From: Candidatus Eiseniibacteriota bacterium
Lineage (GTDB): Bacteria; Eisenbacteria; RBG-16-71-46; CAVPCR01
Length of the DNA: 64,000 bases
Direction: 5' to 3'
NCBI GenBank assembly: GCA_963823555.1
Contig: CAWGMA010000003.1
Coordinates: forward strand, 96,001 to 160,000
The translations under genes were made by a program, and so were the position numbers. Below the pieces are notes generated by a model. It saw only the letters and a list, made by a program, of their open reading frames with translations. It did no database searches and had not been told where the DNA came from. Positions 63,151 through 64,000 of this stretch are shown here, in pieces. How positions within the stretch are numbered: position 1 is the first letter of the stretch; each line of letters begins with the position of its first letter.

Positions 63151-64000
63151 GCAGGACGCAGAGCATGGTCCTGTTCCTGGGGGCTCTGATGATCGGAGGA
63201 ATGATGGCGAAGGGCAATGACGCGAGTGCCGGGACGAGCGAGCTCCAGGACTTCGATGCCCGGTGGGATTACGCGCATCCGGATTCGACCGAGGCGGTGT
63301 TCAGGAGTCTCCTGCCTGCTGCCCGATCGGCCGGCGACGCGGACTACCTGGTGCAGCTCCTGACCCAGATCGCGCGCACCCAGGGTCTGCAGCGGAAGTT
63401 CACCGATGCCCATGCCACGCTCGACGAGGCCGCGGGAATGCTCACCGACAGCCTTGCCGTGGCTCGCGTGCGCTACCTCCTCGAACGCGGTCGAGTATTC
63501 AACTCGGCGCAGGAGCCGGAGCGGGCGCGCCCGCTCTTCCTCTCCGCCTGGGAGGAAGCTCAGGCGGCGGGAGCCGAGTATCACGCGATCGACGCGGCCC
63601 ACATGATGGGAATCATCGAGCCGCCGGCGGAGGCGCTGGTCTGGAACCGGAAGGCCATCGCTGCGGCGGAGGCAGCCGGGAGCGAGCGGGCGCGAGGGTG
63701 GCTCGGATCCCTCTACAACAACGTGGGGTGGACCTATCACGACCTGGGGGACTACGACCAGGCGCTCGACATGTTCGAGAAGGGGCTCGCCTTCCGCGAG
63801 GAGAAGAAGCAGCCGCGAGAGACGAGGATCGCCAAGTGGTGCGTGGCCCGCACCTATCGCTCGCTGGGGCGTACCGAGGAAGCGCTCGCCATGCAGCGGA
63901 CCCTGGAGCAGGAGCTCACCGCGAGCGGAGAGACCGACGGCTTCGTGGACGAAGAGATCGGCGAGTGCCTGCTCGCTCTTGGCCGCCCGGATGAAGCCGC
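63147..64000 (+). CDS. Secreted TPR-repeat protein (3' partial; not in the ORF track)
   Basis: ATG 63147 overlaps the NUDIX stop; open to the window end; signal-like N-terminus, LLTQIARTQGLQRKF, LYNNVGWTYHDLGDYDQAL. Confidence 0.8.
   Translation, partial: MSRTQSMVLFLGALMIGGMMAKGNDASAGTSELQDFDARWDYAHPDSTEAVFRSLLPAARSAGDADYLVQLLTQIARTQGLQRKFTDAHATLDEAAGMLTDSLAVARVRYLLERGRVFNSAQEPERARPLFLSAWEEAQAAGAEYHAIDAAHMMGIIEPPAEALVWNRKAIAAAEAAGSERARGWLGSLYNNVGWTYHDLGDYDQALDMFEKGLAFREEKKQPRETRIAKWCVARTYRSLGRTEEALAMQRTLEQELTASGETDGFVDEEIGECLLALGRPDEA

Overview
High-GC bacterial chromosome segment at or near the replication origin: dnaA 3' end, five reverse-strand genes, a candidate oriC, then dnaN-dciA(DUF721)-gyrB. 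Four secreted proteins end in a 'PNPF' FlgD-Ig/T9SS-like C-terminal domain and two end in a short (S/T)WGxVKA tail, which suggests an FCB-related candidate phylum such as Eisenbacteria/Krumholzibacteria/Latescibacteria (inference). The centre and right hold an anaerobic energy-metabolism neighbourhood: a globin-coupled histidine kinase, a sigma54 response regulator, CBS and USP proteins, ilvE, a LysR-divergent rubrerythrin-hdrCBA-mvhDGA operon whose HdrA carries an inserted GltD/NfnB-like NAD(P)H module, and a Vor-type 2-oxoacid:ferredoxin oxidoreductase. The most notable unannotated structure is a promoter architecture repeated four times (paired GACA-N3-TGTC palindromes, an AT-rich IHF-like tract, a sigma54 -24/-12 site), pointing to a possible O2-sensing sigma54 regulon. 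No rRNA, tRNA, CRISPR array or mobile element was recognised. All calls are from motif reading by eye; several starts were adjusted from the ORF track.
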